Of a stretch of 64,000 nt of DNA, positions 38,982 to 48,309 are shown piece after piece. Source of the stretch: Clostridia bacterium (GTDB taxonomy: Bacteria; Bacillota; Clostridia; Christensenellales; DTU072); assembly GCA_017476265.1 (NCBI GenBank), contig JAFVAC010000002.1, positions 2,344 to 66,343 on the forward strand, read 5' to 3'. Below the pieces are notes generated by a model. It did not search any database. It saw only the letters and a program-made list of their open reading frames with translations, and had not been told where the DNA came from. A program made the position numbers and the translations under genes. How positions within the stretch are numbered: the stretch's first letter is position 1; each line of letters opens with the position of its first letter.

Positions 38982-39022
38982 AAACGAATCGCCGATACTG
39001 TCATATCGGCGATTCGTTTTTT
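38982..39022. terminator. bidirectional terminator
   Basis: AAACGAATCGCCGATA-CTGTCA-TATCGGCGATTCGTTTTTT, a 16-bp stem between convergent hemW and clpB. Confidence 0.8.
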
Positions 39023-39031
39023 AAAGGGAAA

Positions 39032-41632
39032 TTACTTCTTTTCTGCGGTGAAAGCTTTTTCGGAGATGTCATAATCTACCAATATCGTATCTCCCGCTGA
39101 AAGTTCATCTGCAATGATCGTTTTTGCAACGAGTGTTTCTATATGAGCTTGAATATAGCGTTTGAGCGGACGAGCGCCATATTGAGCATCGTAACTGTTG
39201 GCAGCAATTGCATTCTTTGCAGTGCTTGTTATTTCCAGATGGAGCTGTTTGTCCGACAAGCGTTTGGATAAGTTATTCGTCAATAAATCGATAATTTTAA
39301 CGATATTTTCACGAGTGAGAGGTTTGAAGTAAACGATTTCATCCAATCGATTCAAGAACTCGGGACGGAATGATTGTTTCAATAATTCATCTACATGTTC
39401 TCGCGCGTTGGCGCTTATTTCGCCTTTGCTGTCAATACCTTCGAGCAAATAAGAAGAACCGAGATTACTCGTCATAATGATAATGGTGTTTTTGAAATCA
39501 ACGGTTCTTCCTTGAGAATCGGTTATTCGGCCGTCGTCAAGTACTTGCAAAAGGATATTGAAGACATCAGGGTGGGCTTTTTCAATTTCGTCAAACAAAA
39601 CTACGGAATAAGGGCGTCTTCTTACAGCTTCCGTTAACTGTCCTCCTTCATCATAGCCGACGTATCCCGGAGGAGCTCCGATCAGTCTGGATACACTGAA
39701 TTTTTCCATATATTCACTCATATCTATTCTGACAATGTTATGTTCATCGTCAAACAGGCTTTCGGCTAGAGCTTTAGCCAATTCGGTTTTTCCTACGCCG
39801 GTCGGTCCAAGGAACATAAAGGAACCGATAGGACGATTCGGGTCGGATATACCTGCGCGAGATCGTAAAATTGCTTCGCTGATGAGTCGTACAGCTTCGT
39901 TTTGACCAATAACTCTCTTGTGCAAAGTGTTCTCCAACTGTAAAACCTTTTCACGTTCGCCTTCGACTAGTTTTGAGACGGGGATTCCTGTCCAACGCGA
40001 TACGATTTTTGATATTTCTTCCTCTGTCACTTTGTCGCGCAAAAGAGTGTTCGTTGTCTTTTGCGGATGTGATTGGAGCTCCTCTAGCTGTTTTTCAAGA
40101 CTCGGGAGTTTCCCGTAGCGAAGTTTGGCTGCCTTTTCATAGTCAAAGTTGCGTTGTGCGATTTCGATTTCGGAATTAACTTTTTCAATCGCTTGTTTTA
40201 CTTCATGTACGGAATTGATACCTTGTTTTTCATTATCCCATTGCGCTTTCATCTCGTTAAATTTTTCACGCAATTCGGATAATTCTTTCCGAATGGCGGA
40301 AAGTCGTTCTGCCGAGAGATTGTCGGTTTCCTTTTTTAGCGCCATTTCTTCTATTTCCAACTGCATTATTTTTCTTCGGATTTCGTCCATTTCGGTAGGC
40401 ATTGAGTCGATTTCAGTACGGATCATTGCACAAGCTTCATCAACGAGGTCAATAGCTTTATCCGGCAAGAAGCGATCGGTAATGTACCTATTGCTGAGAG
40501 TTGCTGCTGCGACCAGCGCGGCATCTTGGATCTGTACGCCATGGAACACTTCATACCGCTCTTTCAGTCCTCTGAGAATACTGATCGTGTCTTCCACTGT
40601 GGGTTCTGTGACCAAAACAGGTTGAAAACGTCTTTCCAACGCGACGTCTTTTTCGATATATTTACGGTACTCATCCAAAGTCGTAGCACCGATACAGTGC
40701 AATTCGCCTCGTGCCAGAAGCGGTTTTAAGAGGTTCCCTGCGTCCATTGCTCCGTCTGTTTTCCCTGCGCCGACTATCGTATGGAGTTCGTCAATGAAGA
40801 GGATGATCTGACCATTGCTTTCTTTAATTTCATTTAGGACCGCTTTCAAACGCTCCTCAAATTCACCGCGAAATTTTGCTCCGGCGATCAATGCGCCCAT
40901 ATCCAAAGAAAAGATCGTTTTTTCTTTTAATCCTTCCGGCACGTCGCCACGAACGATACGAATAGCGAGTCCTTCTGCGATTGCGGTTTTGCCCACGCCG
41001 GGTTCACCGATCAGAACGGGATTGTTTTTTGTTTTCCTGGATAGGATACGAATCACGTTTCGTATTTCGGCGTCTCTGCCTATGACGGGATCAAGTTTTT
41101 GTTCACGAGCGCGTTGAGTCAAGTCAGATCCGTACTTTTGCAAAGCGTCGTAAGTGGCTTCGGGGTTGTCGCTCGTCACTCTGTTTCTGCTCTTGGTTTT
41201 GTTCAATTCGGTTACAAACTTTTCATTATCGGCTCCATTTTTTGCGAAAATATCGGCAATTTCAGGACATTTCTCATATAAGGCTAACATAATATGTTCT
41301 ACACTCACATATTCGTCCTTGTTGTCTTTCGCCAATTTCTCCGCATAAGACAGGGTTTTATCGACAAGAGGGGAGACATATATTTTATTGGGCTCTCGTC
41401 CGGTTCCGCCCACCTTAGGCATTCTTCTGATTTTATCATCCAAAGCGGCGGAAACGGAATCCGGGTTGGCTCCGCACTTTTTTAACACGGAGGGGATCAA
41501 ACCTCCTTCGGAGTCAACCAGACTATAAGCGATATGTTCCGGTTGGATCTCCATATTTTGATTTTCAATCGCTATATTTTGAGCGTTTTGGAGCGCTTCC
41601 AGGCTTTTTTGCGTTAATTTTTGAGTGTTCAT
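39032..41632 (-). CDS. clpB: ATP-dependent chaperone ClpB
   Basis: Two AAA+ modules (GEPGVGKTA; GPTGVGKTE) with a long coiled-coil M-domain; 866 aa. Confidence 0.96.
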   Translation of the reverse strand: MNTQKLTQKSLEALQNAQNIAIENQNMEIQPEHIAYSLVDSEGGLIPSVLKKCGANPDSVSAALDDKIRRMPKVGGTGREPNKIYVSPLVDKTLSYAEKLAKDNKDEYVSVEHIMLALYEKCPEIADIFAKNGADNEKFVTELNKTKSRNRVTSDNPEATYDALQKYGSDLTQRAREQKLDPVIGRDAEIRNVIRILSRKTKNNPVLIGEPGVGKTAIAEGLAIRIVRGDVPEGLKEKTIFSLDMGALIAGAKFRGEFEERLKAVLNEIKESNGQIILFIDELHTIVGAGKTDGAMDAGNLLKPLLARGELHCIGATTLDEYRKYIEKDVALERRFQPVLVTEPTVEDTISILRGLKERYEVFHGVQIQDAALVAAATLSNRYITDRFLPDKAIDLVDEACAMIRTEIDSMPTEMDEIRRKIMQLEIEEMALKKETDNLSAERLSAIRKELSELREKFNEMKAQWDNEKQGINSVHEVKQAIEKVNSEIEIAQRNFDYEKAAKLRYGKLPSLEKQLEELQSHPQKTTNTLLRDKVTEEEISKIVSRWTGIPVSKLVEGEREKVLQLENTLHKRVIGQNEAVRLISEAILRSRAGISDPNRPIGSFMFLGPTGVGKTELAKALAESLFDDEHNIVRIDMSEYMEKFSVSRLIGAPPGYVGYDEGGQLTEAVRRRPYSVVLFDEIEKAHPDVFNILLQVLDDGRITDSQGRTVDFKNTIIIMTSNLGSSYLLEGIDSKGEISANAREHVDELLKQSFRPEFLNRLDEIVYFKPLTRENIVKIIDLLTNNLSKRLSDKQLHLEITSTAKNAIAANSYDAQYGARPLKRYIQAHIETLVAKTIIADELSAGDTILVDYDISEKAFTAEKK

Positions 41633-41648
41633 ACTTCTACCTCCTTCT

Positions 41649-42299
41649 TTAAATGATCACACATTCATTCAAATATTGTAAATAACGGTTTTCAATCTCC
41701 GTAACAGATTGGTACTTGTCAGACAGAAAACCTTTGATAATCTCGTCAAATACTTTAATATAATCGCTGATCGCTTTGGCGATTTCCTCGGTGTTATATT
41801 CCTTGCCGCTTGGGATAGAGAAAGTTCGGACAAATTTGCCGTTATCGAAAGAATAAGTTACGGGATTATTGCGAAAATAATTACCTAAATATATCTGTTC
41901 CAATTTAGTCCACAGATTAAAGAAATCTTTCAGCCGCAAAAGCAATTCCGAGGATTGGGTTCGGAAAATGATTTTCAGCTCACCGATCGTTTGCTCCGTG
42001 GTTCGATACAGTTCAACTTCATATCGGATCGTTGGTCGATATTTGAAGTCCAGCGAGCTTTTGACGCTCATCGTTCGATCGTGTGGTTCGATAAACGACA
42101 CAAACGTGTTTGTCCCCAACAAATTCTCTATATAATTAAAAATATTATTGATCCTTTTTTCCGGTGTAACCAGCGATACATACTCTGCCAAAATTTGATT
42201 GACCATATTACTTCGGTTTGTATTTTGCTGGGCGGCGAGCATATCGATTTCTCTTACCACGTCGTCCATCAATATTAGACTGTACATGCTTTTTTTCAT
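41649..42299 (-). CDS. ribbon-helix-helix (CopG/Arc-like) domain protein with about 170-aa uncharacterised C-terminal domain
   Basis: The N-terminus [36 protein letters not shown] fits the strand-helix-helix pattern (..SRSelI..Al.ey). The stop is 16 nt upstream of the clpB ATG. Confidence 0.6.
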   Translation of the reverse strand: MKKSMYSLILMDDVVREIDMLAAQQNTNRSNMVNQILAEYVSLVTPEKRINNIFNYIENLLGTNTFVSFIEPHDRTMSVKSSLDFKYRPTIRYEVELYRTTEQTIGELKIIFRTQSSELLLRLKDFFNLWTKLEQIYLGNYFRNNPVTYSFDNGKFVRTFSIPSGKEYNTEEIAKAISDYIKVFDEIIKGFLSDKYQSVTEIENRYLQYLNECVII

Positions 42300-42336
42300 A
42301 CAATCCTCCTAAGAATTGTTTTTTCCTATCGTCATC

Positions 42337-42365
42337 AGTATAAACCCACACTTAGAATTTGTCAA
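42337..42365 (-). promoter_or_regulatory. sigma-A type promoter for the RHH-clpB operon
   Basis: On the minus strand: TTGACA (42365-42360), 17-nt spacer, TATACT (42342-42337). Confidence 0.5.
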
Positions 42366-42420
42366 CAATTTTATATAAATTTTAAAGTGAGTTTTGTCCA
42401 ACTTTGTTAAGGGTAAATGC

Positions 42421-42448
42421 TTGACATCTAGAAAAAACAGAGTATAAT
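42421..42448 (+). promoter_or_regulatory. sigma-A type promoter abutting ylxM start
   Basis: TTGACA, 16-nt spacer, TATAAT. The -10 element ends 1 nt before ATG 42450. Confidence 0.4.
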
Positions 42449-42449
42449 T

Positions 42450-42812
42450 ATGATGTCAAGGGAAATTACTTTACAGACGAATATGGACAAGATTTATTGT
42501 GGTGAGCTCAACGCGTATTACGGCAGTGTACTAAACGATCATCAAAGAGAAGTTCTGCGTTTGTATTATGACTGTGATATGAGTCTGGCGGAGATAGCCG
42601 AATTATATGGAACCAGTCGTCAAGCCGTGCGAGAGGGGATAGCCAGATCCACGGAAAAGCTTCGTCAATATGAAGAAAAACTCGGCTTGATAAAGAAAGT
42701 CAAATCATTATCGGGGCGTTTGGAACACATCATTAAAGTCATAGATAATGAGGAGAAAGCGGAGATCAAGTCAAAACTTAGCGCGCTGTTGAAAGATATA
42801 AAGGAGATATAA
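42450..42812 (+). CDS. ylxM: YlxM/UPF0122 helix-turn-helix protein
   Basis: YYDCDMSLAEIAELYGTSRQAV, and its conserved position upstream of ffh. The start codon is uncertain (42450, 42453 or 42483). Confidence 0.8.
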   Translation: MMSREITLQTNMDKIYCGELNAYYGSVLNDHQREVLRLYYDCDMSLAEIAELYGTSRQAVREGIARSTEKLRQYEEKLGLIKKVKSLSGRLEHIIKVIDNEEKAEIKSKLSALLKDIKEI

Positions 42813-43750
42813 TGGCATTATTCGGGACACTGAGTGAAAAGATCAATCACGCCTTTTCAAAATTAAGGAATAAGGGTGCTTTGACCGAACTCGAAGTCAA
42901 AAATGCGATGAGAGAAGTCAGGATCGCGTTGCTGGAAGCGGACGTCAATTTTGCCGTAGTCAAAAATTTCATCAACACAGTCAGTGAAAGGGCCTGCGGG
43001 GAAGACATTCTGAAAGGGTTGGAGTCTTCGCAACAGGTTATTAAAATAGTGAATGAAGAGTTGGTTCGGCTTATGGGATCTACCCATGCGAAATTGGAGA
43101 TTGCCGATCGCCCGCCAACTATTATTATGATGTGTGGATTGCAAGGAGCAGGGAAAACCACAATGTGTGGGAAACTTGCTCTTCTGCTGAAAAAACAAGG
43201 AAAGAAACCACTTTTGGTCGCAGGCGATATCTATCGTCCCGCCGCTATCAAACAGCTCCAAGTGGTCGGGAAGAGCGTTGATGTCCCGGTGTTTGAAATG
43301 GGACAAATCTCTCCGATCAAGATTGCTAAAGAGGCGGAAGAATACGCTTTAAAAAACGGTTTTGACACCATTATTCTCGATACTGCCGGTCGTTTACAGA
43401 TCGACGAACAGTTGATGCAAGAACTTTCGGAGATCAAAGAGAAGGTCAAGCCTACGGAGATTTTGCTGGTGGTCGACGCTATGCTTGGGCAAGAGAGTGT
43501 AAACGTTGCAGGGACATTTAATCAAAAACTGGATATAACGGGCGTCATTTTAACCAAGCTGGACGGCGACACCCGAGGCGGCGCCGCACTTTCGATCAAG
43601 GCAATATTGAATAAACCGATTAAGTTTTGCGGTATTGGCGAAAAAATGACGGACATAGAGCCTTTTTATCCGGACAGGATGGCGTCCCGCATACTCGGGA
43701 TGGGGGACGTACTGACCTTGATTGAAAAGGCAGAGCAAGCGATTAGCTAA
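42812..43750 (+). CDS. ffh: signal recognition particle protein Ffh, N and G domains, ending at an in-frame TAA
   Basis: GLQGAGKTT, DTAGR, TKLDGD and ILGMGDVLTLIEKA. The ORF stops at TAA 43748-43750, where full-length Ffh continues. Confidence 0.85.
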   Translation: MALFGTLSEKINHAFSKLRNKGALTELEVKNAMREVRIALLEADVNFAVVKNFINTVSERACGEDILKGLESSQQVIKIVNEELVRLMGSTHAKLEIADRPPTIIMMCGLQGAGKTTMCGKLALLLKKQGKKPLLVAGDIYRPAAIKQLQVVGKSVDVPVFEMGQISPIKIAKEAEEYALKNGFDTIILDTAGRLQIDEQLMQELSEIKEKVKPTEILLVVDAMLGQESVNVAGTFNQKLDITGVILTKLDGDTRGGAALSIKAILNKPIKFCGIGEKMTDIEPFYPDRMASRILGMGDVLTLIEKAEQAIS

Positions 43751-43777
43751 GAAGAATCGCAAAAACTTGCTCAAAAA

Positions 43778-44134
43778 ATGAAAAATAATACCTTTGACTT
43801 GGATGATTATCTATCACAATTGCAATCGGTGAAAAAGATGGGAAATCTAACCGATATGATCGGGATGATTCCCGGGATAGGCAACAAGATGAAAGGAATG
43901 GATCTGACCGTCGATGAGAAACAACTCGATAGGACTAAGGCGATCATACAATCAATGACGCCAAGGGAGAGAGCCCATCCGGAGATTCTGAATGCAAGCA
44001 GAAGAAAAAGAATTGCCGCAGGAAGCGGAACGACGGTGCAGGATGTCAACAGACTATTGAATCAATTCAATCAAGCAAAGGATCTTATGAAAAAAATGAG
44101 TTCCGGCAAAAGGAAATTACCATTCGGTTTTTAA
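43778..44134 (+). CDS. ffh: Ffh M domain, in the same frame as 42812-43750
   Basis: [32 protein letters not shown] and [10 protein letters not shown]. The codons between the TAA and this ATG (EESQKLAQK) also look like Ffh linker sequence. Confidence 0.8.
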   Translation: MKNNTFDLDDYLSQLQSVKKMGNLTDMIGMIPGIGNKMKGMDLTVDEKQLDRTKAIIQSMTPRERAHPEILNASRRKRIAAGSGTTVQDVNRLLNQFNQAKDLMKKMSSGKRKLPFGF

Positions 44135-44175
44135 CCGTTGATAATAAAAAAGAAAAAATTTTTCGGAGGACAAAA

Positions 44176-44427
44176 ATGGCAGTAAAACTCAGATTAACCA
44201 GAATGGGTGCGAAAAAAACACCTTTCTATCGTATCGTTGCGACGGATTCTCGCAAAGCAAGAGACGGACAGTATATCGAACAGATCGGATACTATGATCC
44301 CACCAAAGATCCCGCCGACGTCAAGATCGATGCTGAAATCGCGAAGAAATGGCTCGCTTGCGGAGCGCAACCGACTGATACCGTTCGTGATTTGTTTGTC
44401 AAATACGGTGTAATTGAAAAGAAGTAA
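44176..44427 (+). CDS. rpsP: 30S ribosomal protein S16
   Basis: [21 protein letters not shown]. Confidence 0.96.
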   Translation: MAVKLRLTRMGAKKTPFYRIVATDSRKARDGQYIEQIGYYDPTKDPADVKIDAEIAKKWLACGAQPTDTVRDLFVKYGVIEKK

Positions 44428-44431
44428 AGCG

Positions 44432-44662
44432 ATGTACGATTTAGTAGATTATATTGTAAAACAGTTCGTCGGTCCGGACCATTACGAAATAGTTGTTGTT
44501 GAAGACGGCGATAAAGTCGATATCAAAGTGATGGTCGATGCTGATTATGTGGCGAAAATTATCGGAAAATCCGGAAAGATCGCCAAGGCTATTCGAACCA
44601 TTGTTCGCGCGGCCAGCCACGGAATGGAACAGGAGTACTCTGTTTACGTTGAGGAGCGGTAA
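44432..44662 (+). CDS. KH-domain RNA-binding protein (YlqC family)
   Basis: IGKSGKIAKAIRTIV, and its position between rpsP and rimM. Confidence 0.85.
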   Translation: MYDLVDYIVKQFVGPDHYEIVVVEDGDKVDIKVMVDADYVAKIIGKSGKIAKAIRTIVRAASHGMEQEYSVYVEER

Positions 44663-45163
44663 GTGATCTCTGTCGGCAAAGTGCTCAAGGCGCATGGCGT
44701 ACACGGAGAGATAAAAGCGGAGTGTTATACCGACACTCCGTCTTGTCTTGTCCGTTGTAAAAGGCTTTTTATTGACAAAAAAGAATATGCCGTAGTAAAA
44801 AGTCGCATTCAAGGAGACTTCTTGTTGATAAAATTCAAGAATGTCGACGATATGGACAGCGCAGAACGGCTACGGAATCAAGAGATTTTTGCCGAAAAAA
44901 GCGATATGCCAAAACTGCCCCAGGGGAGATATTACATTGGTGATCTTGTCGGATCGAGTGTTATTTTGTCGGATCGCATCATAGGAAAATTAGTGGACGT
45001 GTTACAATATGGCGCCGCCGATGTTTTTGTCATGAGATCTGTCGAAGGGAAAGAGATTATGTTCCCGTATGTCGGAGAGGTCATTCATTCAATCGATCTT
45101 GAAAAACAACAAATCTTTTTAAATAAAGAAGAATGGGAAAGGGTTGCAGTGTATGAAGATTGA
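44663..45163 (+). CDS. rimM: 16S rRNA processing protein RimM
   Basis: VGKVLKAHGVHGEIK. GTG start. Confidence 0.9.
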   Translation: MISVGKVLKAHGVHGEIKAECYTDTPSCLVRCKRLFIDKKEYAVVKSRIQGDFLLIKFKNVDDMDSAERLRNQEIFAEKSDMPKLPQGRYYIGDLVGSSVILSDRIIGKLVDVLQYGAADVFVMRSVEGKEIMFPYVGEVIHSIDLEKQQIFLNKEEWERVAVYED

Positions 45164-45821
45164 CGTATTGACGTTGTTTCCGGAAATGTACGATGTTTTG
45201 CACGTCGGCATAATCGGAAAAGCGATACAAAATGGTACGTTCTCTTTGCGTGTCACAAACATACGCGACTACTCGATTGATAAACACAAACGATGCGATG
45301 ACGCGCCTTATGGCGGTGGAGCCGGGATGGTAATGACTCCACAGCCATTGCATGACTCGATCGAAGCGGTTGATCCTAACAGAAAGTATACCCGCATATA
45401 CCTCAGCCCAAAAGGGGAAAGATTGTCGCAACAAATTGTCGAAGAGCTCGCTAAGGTCGATAATCTTTTATTGGTAAACGGTAGTTATGAGGGCATTGAC
45501 CAAAGAGTGATAGACTTGGATATCGATAGGGAGATATCCATAGGCGATTATGTATTGACCAGCGGTGATTACGCTTCTCTTGTTTTGATCGATGCTGTGG
45601 TCAGATACGTCCCGGGCGTACTCGGGAGTGAAGAGTCGACCGATGAAGAGAGTTTTGCCAATGGATTATTGGAGTATCCACATTACACGAGACCGCAAGA
45701 ATTCTTGGGACTGAGTGTGCCGGAGGTTTTGCTCAGCGGGAATCACGCGGAAATCGCTAAATGGAGATTTGAACAAAGCAAGGCGATCACGGCGAGAAAC
45801 CGACCGGATCTATTGGAATAA
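45153..45821 (+). CDS. trmD: tRNA (guanine37-N1)-methyltransferase TrmD
   Basis: MKIDVLTLFPEMY, DDAPYGGGAGMVM and SIGDYVLTSGD. Confidence 0.95.
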   Translation: MKIDVLTLFPEMYDVLHVGIIGKAIQNGTFSLRVTNIRDYSIDKHKRCDDAPYGGGAGMVMTPQPLHDSIEAVDPNRKYTRIYLSPKGERLSQQIVEELAKVDNLLLVNGSYEGIDQRVIDLDIDREISIGDYVLTSGDYASLVLIDAVVRYVPGVLGSEESTDEESFANGLLEYPHYTRPQEFLGLSVPEVLLSGNHAEIAKWRFEQSKAITARNRPDLLE

Positions 45822-45824
45822 GAT

Positions 45825-46673
45825 ATGTTTATACACTGGTTCCCGGGTCATATGACCAAAGCTATGCGTATGATGAATGAGCAAATGACGCTTGTCGAGA
45901 GCGTCGTTTACGTTTTGGATGCCAGAGCACCTTTATCGTCTATCAATCATGCGTTTGACGAAGTCATTGGCGATCGTCCGATTTTGTTCGTCTTAAATAA
46001 AAGCGATACGGTTCCCGCTGATGAGTTGACAAAATGGCAATCTTTTTTCAATCAGGGGAACAGTCGTTGCGTGACAGCGAATTCCACAATAAACGGCGGA
46101 GCAAAGAAGGTCATTGCCGCATTAAATGAATTAAATGCAGATACCATAGAAAAATATCGCAAAAAAGGTGTCAAAAAAACAATACGAGCTATGGTTATAG
46201 GCATTCCGAATTGCGGTAAGAGTACACTGATAAATTGTTTGAAAGGAAAAAAGCAGGCGACAACCGGAAATAGGCCGGGCGTAACAAGAGGGAAACAATG
46301 GATAGCTATTGACGAATATCTTGAAGTCCTCGATACACCGGGAACGCTTTATCCTGATTTTTCCGATCAAGAGAAAGCTGTTCATTTGGCGATCATCGGA
46401 AGCATTCGCGAACAAGTGGTTGATATGATTGATCTCAGTAATGAGATATTGAAGTTTTTAAAGAACCACTATCCGAAAGAATTATGCGCTCGGTATAAAT
46501 TGAGTGATCTCCCCGATGAAAAACAATTATTAGAAACGATCGCGCAAAAACGCGGATATGTATTACGCGGAGCGGAAATAGATTACGATAGAACGGCACA
46601 ATCGGTTGTTACTGATTTTCGAAAACAAGCATTTGGTAAAATAATCTTAGAAAAATATGAAAGAAGCGATTGA
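45825..46673 (+). CDS. rbgA: ribosome biogenesis GTPase A (YlqF/RbgA)
   Basis: WFPGHMTKA and a circularly permuted GTPase (NKSD..GIPNCGKST..DTPG). Confidence 0.92.
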   Translation: MFIHWFPGHMTKAMRMMNEQMTLVESVVYVLDARAPLSSINHAFDEVIGDRPILFVLNKSDTVPADELTKWQSFFNQGNSRCVTANSTINGGAKKVIAALNELNADTIEKYRKKGVKKTIRAMVIGIPNCGKSTLINCLKGKKQATTGNRPGVTRGKQWIAIDEYLEVLDTPGTLYPDFSDQEKAVHLAIIGSIREQVVDMIDLSNEILKFLKNHYPKELCARYKLSDLPDEKQLLETIAQKRGYVLRGAEIDYDRTAQSVVTDFRKQAFGKIILEKYERSD

Positions 46674-47262
46674 TTTGTTCCGATATGAGAATGAACTTCT
46701 GCAAGAAGGATATACGTTGATCGGGGGAATGGACGAAGTTGGAAGGGGACCTTTAGCCGGACCGGTTACGGTCGCTTGTTGCGTGATGGATTTGTCCAAA
46801 CGAATCCCGGGTGTAAACGACTCAAAAAAATTGAGCGAGAAAAAGAGAGAAAAACTCTATCCGGAAATTATCGAAAATACTATTAGTTATTCCGTCGTCA
46901 GTATCGACAACGAGGAAATAGATCGACTGAATATTTTGAATGCCACAAAAAAAGCAATGAAAAAATGCGTTGTGGCGATGGTGCCCCAACCGCATTTTTT
47001 GTTGGTAGATGCAGTTGACGAGGATTTCGGCGTTCAGTACAAATCCATCATTCACGGTGACGCGCTGAGTTATTCTATTGCCGCGGCGTCGATCATTGCT
47101 AAAGTTACAAGGGATGAGATGATGAAGACGTACGATTCGATTTATCCCGAGTATGGTTTTGCCAAACACAAAGGTTACGGGACCAAAGAACATATAGAAG
47201 CAATAAAAAAATATGGGCCTTGTCCTATTCACAGAAAGACGTTCATCAAGAATTTTGTTTGA
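46657..47262 (+). CDS. rnhB: ribonuclease HII
   Basis: GMDEVGRGPLAGPV and DSKKLS. Confidence 0.93.
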   Translation: MKEAIDLFRYENELLQEGYTLIGGMDEVGRGPLAGPVTVACCVMDLSKRIPGVNDSKKLSEKKREKLYPEIIENTISYSVVSIDNEEIDRLNILNATKKAMKKCVVAMVPQPHFLLVDAVDEDFGVQYKSIIHGDALSYSIAAASIIAKVTRDEMMKTYDSIYPEYGFAKHKGYGTKEHIEAIKKYGPCPIHRKTFIKNFV

Positions 47263-47268
47263 TTTTAT

Positions 47269-47622
47269 ATGGATAAGTATGGTGAAGGAATAAAAGGGGA
47301 AGAACTGGCAAAAAAATATCTAATTGAAAAGGGATATGAGATTATTGCGCAAAATGTCAACTATCCAAACGTAGGAGAACTAGATATTGTAGCTATGCAA
47401 GGCGGGATCCTGGTTTTCGTTGAGGTCAGGACAAGAAGCGATAATGTTTTTGGACATCCATTCGAGACGTTCACAAAAACGAAAATCAATAAAGTCGTTA
47501 AGGCAAGCAGGCGATTTTTGATGGACCACAAAATCAGATGCAGCGGTTATAGATATGACGCAATCGCCGTATTTCGTGGGAGAGTAGAACACATTGAGTC
47601 AGCTTTTTTTGCCCATTGGTAA
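47269..47622 (+). CDS. YraN family endonuclease-like protein (UPF0102)
   Basis: GEELAKKYL..GYEIIAQN..GELDIVA..LVFVEVRTR. Confidence 0.88.
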   Translation: MDKYGEGIKGEELAKKYLIEKGYEIIAQNVNYPNVGELDIVAMQGGILVFVEVRTRSDNVFGHPFETFTKTKINKVVKASRRFLMDHKIRCSGYRYDAIAVFRGRVEHIESAFFAHW

Positions 47623-47833
47623 CGATATTCCCAAGTTAATGTATAAAAAGGAAGCCGGATAATAAGGTAAAGCATAATTTTTAATAAAAAATGCTTGATA
47701 TATAAGATATTTTTTGGTACTATAATATAGACTTGCAACAGTCCTATGCAGGTACACGGTGTTTTGTTCTTTGTTTTGTTGCCGTGTTAATTTCAGCCCT
47801 GTACGAATGTTGTTATAATTATGGAGGTAAGTC

Positions 47834-48202
47834 ATGTCCAACATTATCGATGTTATTGAGCAAGAAGGTTTGCGAAAAGATCTTCCCGAGTTCCGCGTGG
47901 GCGATACCGTTAAGGTTTTCGTAAAGGTCGTCGAAGGAACGAAAGAAAGACTTCAGGCGTTTGAGGGCGTTGTTATCGCTAAAAAGAACGGTTCTATCAG
48001 AGAAACGTTTACTGTAAGGCGTCTCGCTTCCGGTGTCGGCGTTGAAAGAACGTTCCCGTTGCATTCTCCGAAGATTGATCATATTGACGTAATTCGCAGC
48101 GGTAAAGTTCGCAGAGCGAAGTTGTATTATCTTAGAGGACGCACCGGAAAAGCTGCCAAGATCAAATCGCGTGACAATTCAAGCAAAAAGACGAACGCGT
48201 AA
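47834..48202 (+). CDS. rplS: 50S ribosomal protein L19
   Basis: [27 protein letters not shown]. Confidence 0.96.
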   Translation: MSNIIDVIEQEGLRKDLPEFRVGDTVKVFVKVVEGTKERLQAFEGVVIAKKNGSIRETFTVRRLASGVGVERTFPLHSPKIDHIDVIRSGKVRRAKLYYLRGRTGKAAKIKSRDNSSKKTNA

Positions 48203-48222
48203 TCTCAAAGATACCAAGAATG

Positions 48223-48260
48223 ACAACCGTTCCGCTTTTACGGAATGGTTGTATTCGTTT
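48223..48260 (+). terminator. rho-independent terminator
   Basis: ACAACCGTTCCG-CTTTTA-CGGAATGGTTGT followed by a T-rich run. Confidence 0.65.
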
Positions 48261-48309
48261 TATAGTATATTTTTATCAAACCGATGAGTTTCGCAATAAC
48301 GAGGTTGAA

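Noticed and set aside
42385-42402. Possible CtsR operator upstream of the RHH-clpB promoter (minus strand TAACAAA-GTT-GGACAAA).
   Set aside because: It has four mismatches to the (A/G)GTCAAA-NAN-(A/G)GTCAAA consensus, three of them in one heptad. It also lies upstream of the -35 element. This is too weak to call.
43748-43750. The idea that the TAA inside ffh reflects a reassigned genetic code.
   Set aside because: TAA terminates several clearly complete genes in this window at the expected protein ends (for example thiT 3263-3265, efp 26921-26923, rpsO 32138-32140).
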